The notes: generated by a model not told the origin, from the letters alone. Positions 1 to 8,866 are shown, counted from the stretch's first letter. The stretch is 64,000 nucleotides of DNA from Chitinophagales bacterium (GCA_041748615.1 JBGTCY010000015.1:9040-73039); one strand, 5' to 3'. Made by a program: numbers and translations.

Positions 1-2049
1 AAGCACAAAATCATCAAGGAAGGACAAAAAGAACCGGATGATTACACGTCAACCGCCATTTCATTCAACAAAGGTCAGTACGCACAGTTTTCGCACTACT
101 GGGATTTGAAAACGCTCGACCTGAAGCCGGGCGAAAGCATCGTTTACTTTTTTGAAGTATGGGACAATGACGCCATCAACGGCAGCAAATCCACCCGCTC
201 CACCACCCTGCAATTCAGAATGCCCACGCTTGATGAACTGGAAAAAGAAAACAAAGAGAGCAACGAAAAAATCAAAACCGATTTAGACCAGTCATTGTCC
301 AAAGCGGAAGAATTGAAAAATGAAATTCAGGCAATCCAGGAAAAATTATTACAGAAAAAAAATCTCAACTGGGAAGATAAAAAATCGGTAGAGGAGATGT
401 TGCAAAAGCAAAAAGATTTGGAGAAAAACTTACAGCAATTGCAGGATGAGTTCACCAAAAATATCAGCCAGCAGCAGGAGTTTAAAAATATCAACGAAGA
501 GATTGTTCAGAAACAACAAAAACTTCAGGAACTGTTTAATGAACTGTTGTCGGATGAAATGAAAGAGATGTACGAAAAGCTGCAATCATTGATGGACCAA
601 CTTAATCCTGATGAATTGATGGAAGAATTGAAGGATTTTGAATTATCCCAGGAACAACTTGCGGCAGAATTGGACAGGATGCTGGAATTGTTTAAGCAAT
701 TAGAGTTTGAACAAAAAGCGGGAGAAACCATCAGCAAACTGGAGGAACTTGCAAAAAAACAGGAACAACTCAGCGAAGACACCCGCAATCAAACCAAGAG
801 CAATGAAGAGCTTTCAGAGGAACAAAAGAAAATCAATGAGGAGTTTGAAAAAGTTGAAGAGGCGCTGAAAGAACTCGAAGACATCAAAAAAGAATTGGGC
901 GATAACGAGGCTTTTGAACAAACCAAGGAAGATGCCGAGCAGACAAAACAGGAAATGAAAAAAGGCTCGGAAAATCTGCAGCAAAACAAAAACAAAAAAG
1001 CATCGGAAAACCAAAAAAACGCGGCTGACAAGATGGAGGAAATGGCGCAGCAATTAGGCGACATGATGGACATGATGCAGATGGAGCAAATGGAGATGGA
1101 TATGCGCGCCATCCGTCAGTTGCTGGAAAACCTCATTACGCTTTCTTACGACCAGGAAGATTTAATGCTCACGATTTCAAAAACCAACATCAACGACCCG
1201 AAATATGTTGAACTCACGCAGCAGCAGTTTAAAATAAAAGACGACACCGAGTTGGTGAAAGACAGTCTTTACGCGTTGAGCAAAAGAGTTTTTCAACTCC
1301 AGACCTTCATCAACAAAGAAGTCACTGAAATTTACAAAAACCTTGAACGCGCGATAGGCGACCTCGCGGAACGCAGAAGGAATGACGCTACAGTGCGCCA
1401 GCAATATGTGATGACGGGCTATAACAACCTCGCCCTGATGCTGAGTGAAGTGATGCAACAGATGCAGCAGCAGATGGCTTCCCAAATGACCGGCTCACAG
1501 ATGTGCCAGAAAGAATCGAAAGGAAAACCTTCTCCGAAAATGGGCGAACTGCAACAGCAGATGAACGAACAACTATCTAAAATGCAGGAGCAAATGAAAA
1601 AGGGTCCGCAGGAAGGCGGAAAGGGAGGGATGAGTAAAGAGGTGGCGGAGATGGCGGCAAAGCAGGCGGCAATCCGCGAGGCGTTGAAAAAACTGAACCA
1701 GGAAGAAAACAGTGACGGCAGCTTGGGCGACCTCGAAAAGCTGATTGATGAAATGAACAAAACGGAAACCGAACTCTATAATAAAAATCTCACCGAACAG
1801 ATGATGCTGCGTCAGCAGGAAATTCTCACCCGCCTGCTCGAAGTGGATGAGTCACTCCGCGAACGCGAGCAGGACGATAAGCGTCAGTCGCAAACCGCTG
1901 ACGAAATCGCGCGCCAGACTCCGCCTTCCTTGGAAGAATATCTGAAGCAGCGCGAAGCGGAAATTCAATTATACAAAACCGTACCGCCCGCGCTGAAGCC
2001 CTACTACCGCCAGATGATTGAGAATTATTTTAAGAACATCAGTTTTTAA
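1..2049 (+). CDS. Large Q/E/K-rich coiled-coil protein, 5'-truncated by the window edge (possibly DUF4175-like)
   Basis: Frame 1 is open from nt 1, so the TTG at 106 listed in the ORF track is probably internal. Long heptad-like E/K/Q/L-rich sequence and an M/Q-rich block (MMDMMQMEQMEMDM). The family name is from memory only. Confidence 0.8.
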   Translation, partial: KHKIIKEGQKEPDDYTSTAISFNKGQYAQFSHYWDLKTLDLKPGESIVYFFEVWDNDAINGSKSTRSTTLQFRMPTLDELEKENKESNEKIKTDLDQSLSKAEELKNEIQAIQEKLLQKKNLNWEDKKSVEEMLQKQKDLEKNLQQLQDEFTKNISQQQEFKNINEEIVQKQQKLQELFNELLSDEMKEMYEKLQSLMDQLNPDELMEELKDFELSQEQLAAELDRMLELFKQLEFEQKAGETISKLEELAKKQEQLSEDTRNQTKSNEELSEEQKKINEEFEKVEEALKELEDIKKELGDNEAFEQTKEDAEQTKQEMKKGSENLQQNKNKKASENQKNAADKMEEMAQQLGDMMDMMQMEQMEMDMRAIRQLLENLITLSYDQEDLMLTISKTNINDPKYVELTQQQFKIKDDTELVKDSLYALSKRVFQLQTFINKEVTEIYKNLERAIGDLAERRRNDATVRQQYVMTGYNNLALMLSEVMQQMQQQMASQMTGSQMCQKESKGKPSPKMGELQQQMNEQLSKMQEQMKKGPQEGGKGGMSKEVAEMAAKQAAIREALKKLNQEENSDGSLGDLEKLIDEMNKTETELYNKNLTEQMMLRQQEILTRLLEVDESLREREQDDKRQSQTADEIARQTPPSLEEYLKQREAEIQLYKTVPPALKPYYRQMIENYFKNISF

Positions 2050-2077
2050 AATTCATTTGGCTGTTTAGTTTTAACCC

Positions 2078-2743
2078 ATGACCAAATCCGAATTATTCAA
2101 ATTCGCCCTTGACTATTTACGCAAGCAGCACCCAAACCCTGAAACGGAGTTGCAATTCGTCAATCCCTATGAACTTTTGGTGGCGGTCATTCTTTCCGCG
2201 CAATGCACCGACAAGCGTGTGAATATGGTGACGCCCGCATTGTTTGAGCGATTCCCGACCGTGTTCGATTTGGCAAAAGCGGAATTTGAGGACGTATTTC
2301 CGTACATCAAAAGCGTCAGTTATCCCAACAACAAAACCAAACACCTGATTGGCATGGCGAAAATGCTGATTGAAAAGTTTGGCGGTGAAGTACCCGATGA
2401 CGCGGACAAGTTGCAACAACTGCCGGGCGTGGGCAGAAAAACCGCGCATGTCATTACTTCCTGCCTTTTCAATCAACCCAACCTCGCGGTGGACACACAT
2501 GTTTTCAGAGTCGCCAACAGAATCGGTCTGACCAACAACGCCAAAAACCCGCTGCAAACCGAATTGCAATTAGTGAAACACATTCCGGAAGAAGATATTC
2601 CCGCAGCGCATCACTGGCTGATTTTGCACGGCAGGTATGTCTGTGTGGCGCGAAACCCAAAGTGCCGGCAATGCGGATTAACAGATGTTTGTAAATATTA
2701 CCGCAGACTTCGCTCGGAAAAGAAAAAGAAAGTTTTAACTTAA
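2078..2743 (+). CDS. nth: Endonuclease III (DNA-(apurinic/apyrimidinic site) lyase)
   Basis: HhH-GPD core (LPGVGRKTAHV) and a C-terminal 4Fe-4S loop C-X6-C-X2-C-X5-C (CVARNPKCRQCGLTDVC). Confidence 0.93.
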   Translation: MTKSELFKFALDYLRKQHPNPETELQFVNPYELLVAVILSAQCTDKRVNMVTPALFERFPTVFDLAKAEFEDVFPYIKSVSYPNNKTKHLIGMAKMLIEKFGGEVPDDADKLQQLPGVGRKTAHVITSCLFNQPNLAVDTHVFRVANRIGLTNNAKNPLQTELQLVKHIPEEDIPAAHHWLILHGRYVCVARNPKCRQCGLTDVCKYYRRLRSEKKKKVLT

Positions 2744-2881
2744 CATCCCGTTTTAGCGGAGGCAAGGATTTTTTTTAAAACTATAAATATTACAACAGTG
2801 AAATATCATCACCCTGACTCCCCTCAGAAGTGAAGAAGGGTTGATTAAACACTAAACTTCAAACTTTAAACTCCCCATACT

Positions 2882-3943
2882 ATGTCAGACAACAAAGAAA
2901 AACTCAAGGCGCTGCAGCTCACCGTTGATAAGCTCGAAAAAACTTACGGAAAAGGAACCATCATGAAATTAGGCGACAGCCGGGTCGTGGCGGCAGACGT
3001 GATACCCACCGGCTCCATCGGACTGGATGTAGCGCTCGGTATTGGCGGTTTGCCCAAAGGCAGAATCATTGAAATTTACGGACCTGAATCGTCCGGCAAA
3101 ACCACGCTCGCCATCCACGCCATCGCGCAGGCGCAAAAGAAAGGCGGACTTGCCGCCATCATTGACGCGGAACATGCCTTCGATAAAGTGTATGCCGAAA
3201 AGTTGGGCGTTGACACCAACAACCTCCTCATTTCGCAACCCGATGACGGAGAGCAGGCGCTCGATATTGCCGAGCATCTCATCCGCTCAGGCGCGTTGGA
3301 TATCGTGGTGATAGATTCTGTTGCAGCGCTCGTTCCGAGAGGCGAACTCGAAGGTGAAATGGGCGATAGCAAGATGGGATTGCAGGCAAGGCTCATGTCG
3401 CAGGCGATGAGAAAACTCACAGGCTCCATCAGCAAGACCGGCTGCTGTTGCATCTTCATCAACCAGTTGCGCGAAAAAATCGGGGTGATGTTCGGCAATC
3501 CCGAAACCACCACCGGAGGCAACGCGCTCAAATTCTACGCTTCTATTCGTCTTGACATCCGCAGAATCGCGCAGGTGAAAGACAAGGAAGGCAACATTGT
3601 CGCGAACCGCGCTCGCGTGAAAGTAGTAAAAAACAAAATGGCGCCTCCTTTCAGAACCGCTGAGTTCGACATCGTTTATGGATTGGGCATTTCAAAAACC
3701 GGTGAACTTGTTGACATTGGCGTTGAACTCGATATTGTGCAAAAGAGCGGCTCCTGGTTCAGCTATGACGGAAACAAATTAGGACAGGGCAGAGACCAGG
3801 TAAAAGAATTGTTTGATGACAACCCAGAACTGGCGGAAGAAATCGAAAAGAAAATCAAAGCCAAACTTTTAGCGCCACCGCCTACAGCCGAAGAAAAAAA
3901 AGAAGCTAAAGCGGCAAAAGAAAAAGAAGCGGCTGCTGAGTAA
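2882..3943 (+). CDS. recA: Recombinase RecA
   Basis: Walker [10 protein letters not shown], canonical RecA core ([37 protein letters not shown]), Lys/Glu/Ala-rich tail. Confidence 0.98.
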   Translation: MSDNKEKLKALQLTVDKLEKTYGKGTIMKLGDSRVVAADVIPTGSIGLDVALGIGGLPKGRIIEIYGPESSGKTTLAIHAIAQAQKKGGLAAIIDAEHAFDKVYAEKLGVDTNNLLISQPDDGEQALDIAEHLIRSGALDIVVIDSVAALVPRGELEGEMGDSKMGLQARLMSQAMRKLTGSISKTGCCCIFINQLREKIGVMFGNPETTTGGNALKFYASIRLDIRRIAQVKDKEGNIVANRARVKVVKNKMAPPFRTAEFDIVYGLGISKTGELVDIGVELDIVQKSGSWFSYDGNKLGQGRDQVKELFDDNPELAEEIEKKIKAKLLAPPPTAEEKKEAKAAKEKEAAAE

Positions 3944-3966
3944 ACAAACAATCACAAAGTAAAAAA

Positions 3967-3993
3967 GGGAGCGAAATTTCGCTCCCTTTTTTT
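3967..3993 (+). terminator. Rho-independent terminator after recA
   Basis: Perfect palindrome GGGAGCGAAA/TTTCGCTCCC (3967-3986) followed by T7. An A6 run precedes it, so it could act in both directions. Confidence 0.8.
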
Positions 3994-4009
3994 ATGTCGT
4001 TATCCCTCA

Positions 4010-4052
4010 GCCTCACCCCCGCTCCCTCTCCAATTGGAGAGGGGAGTCCGGA
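4010..4052. repeat. REP-like hairpin repeat, family R1 (GCCTCACCCCC...CCCTCTCC-AATT-GGAGAGGG...TCCGGA)
   Basis: Near-identical copy at 6740-6786. Inverted relatives at 4111-4149 and 63245-63277. Confidence 0.85.
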
Positions 4053-4110
4053 CAAATTACCAATAAATGGAAAAAACAGCCTTTTTTTCTATCCGGGGAA
4101 AAGAAAACAG

Positions 4111-4149
4111 TTCGGACACCTTCTCTTTCGGAGAAGGGCGGGATGAGGC
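4111..4149. repeat. REP-like hairpin repeat, family R1, inverted orientation (TTCGGAC..CCTTCTC-TTTC-GGAGAAGG-GCGGGATGAGGC)
   Basis: Aligns to the reverse complement of 4010-4052. Same architecture as 63245-63277. Confidence 0.75.
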
Positions 4150-4276
4150 TTGCTCCGGAAAGAAACGAAGTGTATTATTAATTCATAAGCACATGTGTAC
4201 ATGGGCAATGTCTGATGCCCATATGCATTGAACTGTTTGTTATTACATTTGGTTTGGGTATTCAAAATCATCCTTT

Positions 4277-4573
4277 ATGAATTTCAACGAACTCATTCAT
4301 TCCGACACGCCTGTATTGGTTGACTTTCACGCGACCTGGTGCGGACCCTGCAAAACCATGGCTCCTGTTTTGGAACAATTGAAAGAAGAACTGGGAGAAA
4401 AACTGCGGATTATCAAAGTGGACGTGGACAAAAACACGAAAGCCGCAGTTCACTACCAGGTTCGTGGCGTACCAACATTTATTCTTTTTAAGAATGGAGA
4501 AATTTTATGGCGGGAAGCCGGAGTTATTGCCAAACATGAATTTCTCAATGTTATCAGCAAACACCTGTCATAG
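4277..4573 (+). CDS. trxA: Thioredoxin
   Basis: 98 aa, active site WCGPC, typical thioredoxin fold sequence (VDVDKN....GVRGVPTFILFKNGE). Confidence 0.95.
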   Translation: MNFNELIHSDTPVLVDFHATWCGPCKTMAPVLEQLKEELGEKLRIIKVDVDKNTKAAVHYQVRGVPTFILFKNGEILWREAGVIAKHEFLNVISKHLS

Positions 4574-4591
4574 AAATATTTAAAAAACTAT

Positions 4592-4697
4592 CGTCATTGC
4601 GAGCGAGGAACGAGCGAAGCAATCCCAAAATTGAAAATACAGAGGGATTGCTTCGGGAATGACAACCGCGTGATGCTATCATTCCCTCGCAATGACG
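4592..4697. repeat. Nested palindromic element (outer 12-bp stem enclosing two hairpins)
   Basis: CGTCATTGCGAG (4592-4603) pairs with CTCGCAATGACG (4686-4697). GAAGCAATCCC (4616-4626) pairs with GGGATTGCTTC (4644-4654). GGGAATGA (4655-4662) pairs with TCATTCCC (4679-4686). Confidence 0.8.
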
Positions 4698-4765
4698 CTT
4701 AAATTAAGTTTTTAAAAAAAACTTTAAAATCCATCCTTTCGGGAAAGGTTTTTTAATTTCCCCGC

Positions 4766-5410
4766 ATGATTCTATTGAGTATTTCCGGATTTTTTGAATA
4801 TGCGGTGATTACCATGACTGGGATACTTGTCATTGTAAATCCCCTCACTACCGCGTTTGTATTCATGGCATTTTTGCCCGATGCCACTAAAGAAGAAAAA
4901 AAAGCGGTTGCAAAAAAGTCTGTCTTAATTGCCACTGGTGTTTTTTTTGTTTTTGCTTTAGCCGGTAGTATTATCTTCCAGTTGTTCGGCATCACTTTGT
5001 CCGCGTTTCGGATTGCCGGTGGAATTATTTTATTCGGCATCGCGATGGGCATGTTGCAAAAAAAGGAAGAACATGAAGGCATTCCGAAAAAGAAAACGGG
5101 ACCGGGTGATGATATCGCGATTATACCTTTGGCGATTCCTTTCATGAGCGGACCCGGCTCCATCGCTACCGTGATGATTCTCACCAGCGAAGCGCCTACG
5201 ATTTATCACACCCTCATCGTTTTTGTGGCGGTTGTTATCACCACTTCGTTATGTTATTTCGCAATGGTCAACTCAGGTTACTTAGTGAAAATTTTAGGCG
5301 AAACCGGCAAGCAAATCGTCACGCGGCTGTTCGGTTTAATACTCGCGGTGATTTCAGTGCAATTTGTGATTAACGGAATTTTGGAAGTGGTGAATGAGTA
5401 TTTTAAATAA
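4766..5410 (+). CDS. MarC family (UPF0056) integral membrane protein
   Basis: Polytopic membrane protein with NPL motif near the N-terminus and the FRIAGGIILFGIAMGML segment typical of the MarC family. Confidence 0.75.
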   Translation: MILLSISGFFEYAVITMTGILVIVNPLTTAFVFMAFLPDATKEEKKAVAKKSVLIATGVFFVFALAGSIIFQLFGITLSAFRIAGGIILFGIAMGMLQKKEEHEGIPKKKTGPGDDIAIIPLAIPFMSGPGSIATVMILTSEAPTIYHTLIVFVAVVITTSLCYFAMVNSGYLVKILGETGKQIVTRLFGLILAVISVQFVINGILEVVNEYFK

Positions 5411-5413
5411 TCC

Positions 5414-5896
5414 TCATTTCGGCTTGAACTGCTCAAAAGCTAACCCGCAATGTTTGCAGTGATACATTGCGCGGCAAAGGGTGGAGCCGAAAGGACTATT
5501 CATCGAGGTGTCCTTGCTGCCACAATGCGGGCAAGCAGCCTGCAAGTCAGTAAGTTCTACTTCACCTTCTAAATGCGGTGGCGGTGACAGGCGAAATTCC
5601 GCCAATAGTTTTTTTCCTTTTTCAGAAATATCATTGGTACTCCATTTGCGGTTCATATCCACTTTCACTTCCACTTTTTCAAAACCGATTTCTTCAACGG
5701 CTTTTTTGATTTGGTTACGCATGTAGTCAATTGCCGGACAGCCGACAAAAGTGGGTGTCATCGTGATGTATGCCGTATCATTTTCAATTTTCACTTCGCA
5801 GATAATGCCCAAATCCACCACTGAAATCACCGGTATCTCGGGGTCTTTCACCGTTTCTAAAGCTGACCAGATAGTTTCACGTGTTTTGGTGAACAT
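5414..5896 (-). CDS. paaD: 1,2-phenylacetyl-CoA epoxidase subunit PaaD (PaaJ)
   Basis: DUF59/MIP18-like N-terminus (VKDPEIPVISVVDLGII) plus C-terminal Cys pairs (CPHCGS...CKHCG). Located in an operon with paaABC. Confidence 0.88.
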   Translation of the reverse strand: MFTKTRETIWSALETVKDPEIPVISVVDLGIICEVKIENDTAYITMTPTFVGCPAIDYMRNQIKKAVEEIGFEKVEVKVDMNRKWSTNDISEKGKKLLAEFRLSPPPHLEGEVELTDLQAACPHCGSKDTSMNSPFGSTLCRAMYHCKHCGLAFEQFKPK

Positions 5897-5909
5897 GGGG
5901 TTTTTTGTT

Positions 5910-5992
5910 GTTTAAAGTTTAAAGTCTAAAGTCTAAAGTTTAAAGTGAGTTTAAAAGTTGACCAAACTTTAAACTTCAAACCTTAAACTCAC
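5910..5992. repeat. Five tandem heptamers GTYTAAA (5910-5944) followed by an imperfect palindrome (5945-5992)
   Basis: The sequence reads gtttaaa gtttaaa gtctaaa gtctaaa gtttaaa. GTGAGTTTAA (5945-5954) pairs with TTAAACTCAC (5983-5992), with inner AAAGTT/AACTTT pairing. Confidence 0.85.
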
Positions 5993-5994
5993 AA

Positions 5995-6735
5995 TTACCA
6001 CTCCGCCCCCGGCTCCAGCCGATACACTTCCGACATTTCATCCAACAGCGGCTGAAGGTGTTCGGTGTGAAAACCTTTTCTTCCGCCCAGCGCGGGTTCG
6101 GTTTTTTTTGAGGGAAGTTTCAATCCGACTGCATTGATTACCGGCTCGATTTTTTCCAACCAGAGTTGCTGCAATTTTTCTTCGCCTGCGAAGATGCCTT
6201 CTTTGATGAGTTTGTTTTCTTCATCGCTTTTTTCAAAAATGCCGAGGGCATAGGGGTATGCTTCGTTCAATGAGGATTGTAACCGTGCGCGGCTTTCTTC
6301 ATTGGCAGCGCCTAATTTTTTGAGCCATGTGTCGGCATGGAGGAGGTGATATTTCAACTCACCGGTGATTTTTTTTGAAAGCGCAGCCAACCGTTCATAG
6401 TTGGAATTTGCGAGCAACTGATACCGCAAAAACTCCGCATGGTCGAACAGGAAGTGGCGCATCAGACTGAAATCATATTCGCCAATCGGTAGCTCGACCA
6501 GGTGGCAGCAGCGATATTGTTTTTCATCGCGCTCGTAAACTAATTTGTCGGGCGAAGGTTCGCCAAACTCCTCATGCAGGATAGTATAGAGCGCCTGAGC
6601 GTGTCCGATTTTATCCTGCGCCATGGAGGAAAAAGCGATGTCTTCTTCGAGGATGGGACCCAATCCCGTCCATTCCGAATTGCGGTGACCGATAATCAGC
6701 GCGTCATCCGCCATTTTGAAAAGTAAGTCTTTCAT
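5995..6735 (-). CDS. paaC: 1,2-phenylacetyl-CoA epoxidase subunit PaaC (PaaI)
   Basis: 246 aa ferritin-like protein beginning MADDALIIGHRNSEWTGLGPILEEDIAFSSMAQDKIGHA, typical of PaaC. Operon context supports the call. Confidence 0.9.
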   Translation of the reverse strand: MKDLLFKMADDALIIGHRNSEWTGLGPILEEDIAFSSMAQDKIGHAQALYTILHEEFGEPSPDKLVYERDEKQYRCCHLVELPIGEYDFSLMRHFLFDHAEFLRYQLLANSNYERLAALSKKITGELKYHLLHADTWLKKLGAANEESRARLQSSLNEAYPYALGIFEKSDEENKLIKEGIFAGEEKLQQLWLEKIEPVINAVGLKLPSKKTEPALGGRKGFHTEHLQPLLDEMSEVYRLEPGAEW

Positions 6736-6739
6736 AAGT

Positions 6740-6786
6740 GCCTCACCCCCCGCCCCCCTCTCCGATTGGAGAGGGGGAGTCCGGAG
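6740..6786. repeat. REP-like hairpin repeat, family R1
   Basis: GCCTCACCCCCCGCCCCCCTCTCCGATTGGAGAGGGGGAGTCCGGAG is near-identical to 4010-4052. It lies inside the paaB-paaC intergenic gap. Confidence 0.85.
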
Positions 6787-6880
6787 TGTTTATTTTGATT
6801 TTAGAAATAATTTTTTAATTATCATTTTATATGCATTGCATTCTGACCCGCGACTAACCGACCCGCGACTATCAGACTAT

Positions 6881-7249
6881 TCAAATCTTAGCCTTTAAAC
6901 TCTCTTTATACTTCGCAATTTTATCCATCACCCGATAGCCTGCCGCTTCGCGGTGCATTTTTTCGGGCGTGGTTTCAAACATGTCTTCATCTTCCAGGTT
7001 GAACGCGAAAACGTCAGCCGTTTTCACTACCCATAGATTCACGCAGCGTTTTCTGCGGGCATATTGTTCTTTGGCAAACAGCAATGCCATTTCGGGATTG
7101 GGCGCATGCACCGAGCCGACATGCACATGATGCTTGCCGCGTTTTTCCTGATGAAACACTTCATACGTCTGCCAGTATTCATGCTCCTGCACCGGCTGAA
7201 TTTCTTCCGGCAGTCCGATGCGGTTGATGCGGGGGTCGAGGGATTTCAT
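6881..7249 (-). CDS. paaB: 1,2-phenylacetyl-CoA epoxidase subunit PaaB
   Basis: Conserved PaaB core (WQTYEVFHQEKRGKHHVHVGSVHAPNPEMALLFAKEQYARR...LWVV). Confidence 0.9.
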   Translation of the reverse strand: MKSLDPRINRIGLPEEIQPVQEHEYWQTYEVFHQEKRGKHHVHVGSVHAPNPEMALLFAKEQYARRKRCVNLWVVKTADVFAFNLEDEDMFETTPEKMHREAAGYRVMDKIAKYKESLKAKI

Positions 7250-7297
7250 TGCTTAGTTTTCAGTTTGGAGTTTAAAGTTGATAATGTTAAAATGTGT

Positions 7298-7528
7298 TTA
7301 CAAATCATTCCATTCTTCCGGCTTAATATTTCTGCCGATTATTTCTTCGATTTCCATGAGCATCATCTTTAATTGAGGGACTGAATACTCTTTGTTTGTC
7401 GGGATTGCAAGGCGGTGATTTTTATAAACTAAAAACTGATGCTTTGCTCCCGAATAAGGTCCTTCAAATCCAAGCACGCGGGCACGTTGAATAAATGTCC
7501 TCCTTTTACATGGAATCCAGCGGTTCAT
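7298..7528 (-). CDS. hicA: HicA/YcfA-family type II toxin (putative mRNA interferase)
   Basis: 76 aa. It aligns by eye to the YcfA/HicA pattern (..LGFE....G.KH........IP......P.LK..L......). It overlaps the upstream hicB-like gene by 23 nt. Confidence 0.6.
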   Translation of the reverse strand: MNRWIPCKRRTFIQRARVLGFEGPYSGAKHQFLVYKNHRLAIPTNKEYSVPQLKMMLMEIEEIIGRNIKPEEWNDL

Positions 7529-7778
7529 AAGCAGGCTTTTTATTCAAATCCAAACCGGCAATACGCGGGAGTTTATGCCCCAGCTTCAAACCGACTAATA
7601 TCCAGTCTTCGAGCGTGGAGTGTAACTCATCCTGACATTCACCGAGCGTTTTTCCGAATGCGATTACGCCTTTAAAGCCCGGAATTTTTCCCGAGAAAGT
7701 ACCATCATCCAGTTTGTCGAAGATTGCTTTCTCCAACGCTTTTTGGATGTAATCACTCAAAATGTATTTTGTCGCCAT
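7506..7778 (-). CDS. hicB: HicB-family antitoxin (UPF0150-type N-terminal domain only)
   Basis: 90 aa. The segment DDGTFSGKIPGFKGVIAFGKTLGECQDELHSTLEDWILVGLKLGHKLP matches the HicB N-domain pattern (DGG-Y...P.LPGC...G.T.EEA......AL..WLE.....G..P). Confidence 0.6.
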   Translation of the reverse strand: MATKYILSDYIQKALEKAIFDKLDDGTFSGKIPGFKGVIAFGKTLGECQDELHSTLEDWILVGLKLGHKLPRIAGLDLNKKPAYEPLDSM

Positions 7779-7830
7779 ATTTACAAATTAAATTTTTATA
7801 AAAATAAATTTATCTGTCATTGAAACTCAT

Positions 7831-8820
7831 TTATGACAACGGTATTAAAAACTTCTCCCCCGGGTTCAGTAGCGCTTGGCGCACCCATCTGCCGTGTTCT
7901 TCCGCCCATTTGCGTACAGCAAGGCGTTCTTTATTGCACGGTCCGTTGCCATTAATGACCTGGAAAAATTCATCCCAGTCGGGGTCGGAAAATTCCCATT
8001 GTCCGGTGGCTTCGTTTTTCTTCAGGTTCGGGTCGGGAAACTCAATACCGACCTCGCGCACTTTCGGTACATACGAGTCGAGAAACTGATTGCGCATGTT
8101 GTCGTTGGTATCCATCTTCACTTTCCATCGCATCAACTGCTCGGTATGCACCGACACCTTGTCGGGCGGTCCGAAAAAATGAATAATCGGACGGTACCAG
8201 CGGTTCACGGCATCCTGCAGCATGTCGCGCTGTTTTTTTGTGCCGGTGGCGAGATAGACAAACGCCTCGTGTCCCTGTTTGAGGTGGAATGACTCTTCGT
8301 AGCAAATCCGTTCGAGCGCGCGGCAGTAGGGTCCGTAAGAGCCTTTCGCGTTAGCTAATTGGTTGACAATGGCAGCCGCGTCAATCAGGAAGCCGATGAC
8401 GGTGATATCCGCCCACGTTTTCGCGGGATAATTGAACACGTTGGAATATTTTGACTTGCCGGTGAGTAAATCATTTGTCATCTGCTCGCGCGATTTGCCG
8501 AGCGTTTCGGCTGCGTTGTAGAGCAGGTGACCGTGCCCCACTTCGTCCTGCACCTTGGCAATGAGGGCGAGCTTACGCTTGAGGCTGGGCGCACGCGTAA
8601 TCCATGTGCCTTCGGGCAACGCGCCAATGATTTCCGAATGGGCGTGCTGCTCAATCATGCGAATCAGTTGTCTGCGATATTCGAAGGGCATCCAGTCGTG
8701 CGGTTCGATTTTTTCGCCCGCGTCAATCTTCGCCTGAAATTCCGCGAGCTTTTCAGGGTCTTCCTGCTGAGCGGGCTTTTTGCCTTTGGGTTCGTCTGAG
8801 ATGGAAAGGTTGCCGTACAT
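7831..8820 (-). CDS. paaA: 1,2-phenylacetyl-CoA epoxidase catalytic subunit PaaA
   Basis: 329 aa di-iron oxygenase. Contains [42 protein letters not shown] and EESFHLKQG motifs. Confidence 0.93.
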   Translation of the reverse strand: MYGNLSISDEPKGKKPAQQEDPEKLAEFQAKIDAGEKIEPHDWMPFEYRRQLIRMIEQHAHSEIIGALPEGTWITRAPSLKRKLALIAKVQDEVGHGHLLYNAAETLGKSREQMTNDLLTGKSKYSNVFNYPAKTWADITVIGFLIDAAAIVNQLANAKGSYGPYCRALERICYEESFHLKQGHEAFVYLATGTKKQRDMLQDAVNRWYRPIIHFFGPPDKVSVHTEQLMRWKVKMDTNDNMRNQFLDSYVPKVREVGIEFPDPNLKKNEATGQWEFSDPDWDEFFQVINGNGPCNKERLAVRKWAEEHGRWVRQALLNPGEKFLIPLS

Positions 8821-8840
8821 TTCTTTTGTTTTTAAGTTGA

Positions 8841-8866
8841 TAGCCTTTAGCTGTTAGCTGCAAGCT
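8841..8866. repeat. Left arm of the 25-nt inverted repeat bounding the AT-rich cassette
   Basis: TAGCCTTTAGCTGTTAGCTGCAAGC matches the reverse complement of 9385-9410 with 1 mismatch. It also forms a local hairpin, CCTTTAGCT (8844-8852) with AGCTAAAGG (8863-8871). Confidence 0.8.

Noticed and set aside
525-1760. Antisense ORFs within the coiled-coil gene (525-788, 789-1112, 814-1053, 1177-1485, 1419-1760). There are similar ones within the DUF349 gene (51782-53244) and the atp, recG and rng genes.
   Set aside because: These are low-complexity Ser/Phe/Leu/Cys-rich mirror translations of Glu/Lys/Gln-rich or conserved coding sequence. The sense-strand genes are well supported.
4089-4271. Small ORFs spanning repeat elements (4089-4271, 6716-6898, 30679-30861, 32399-32584, 32324-32554).
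   Set aside because: Each is essentially a translation of an interspersed palindromic repeat (R1, R4 or the hairpin cluster). None has a plausible start context or any protein-like features.
5910-5944. Short tandem repeats (7-mer array here, 16-nt period array at 53500-53590) considered as CRISPR-like arrays.
   Set aside because: The units are far too short, there are no unique spacers between repeats, and no cas genes are in the window.
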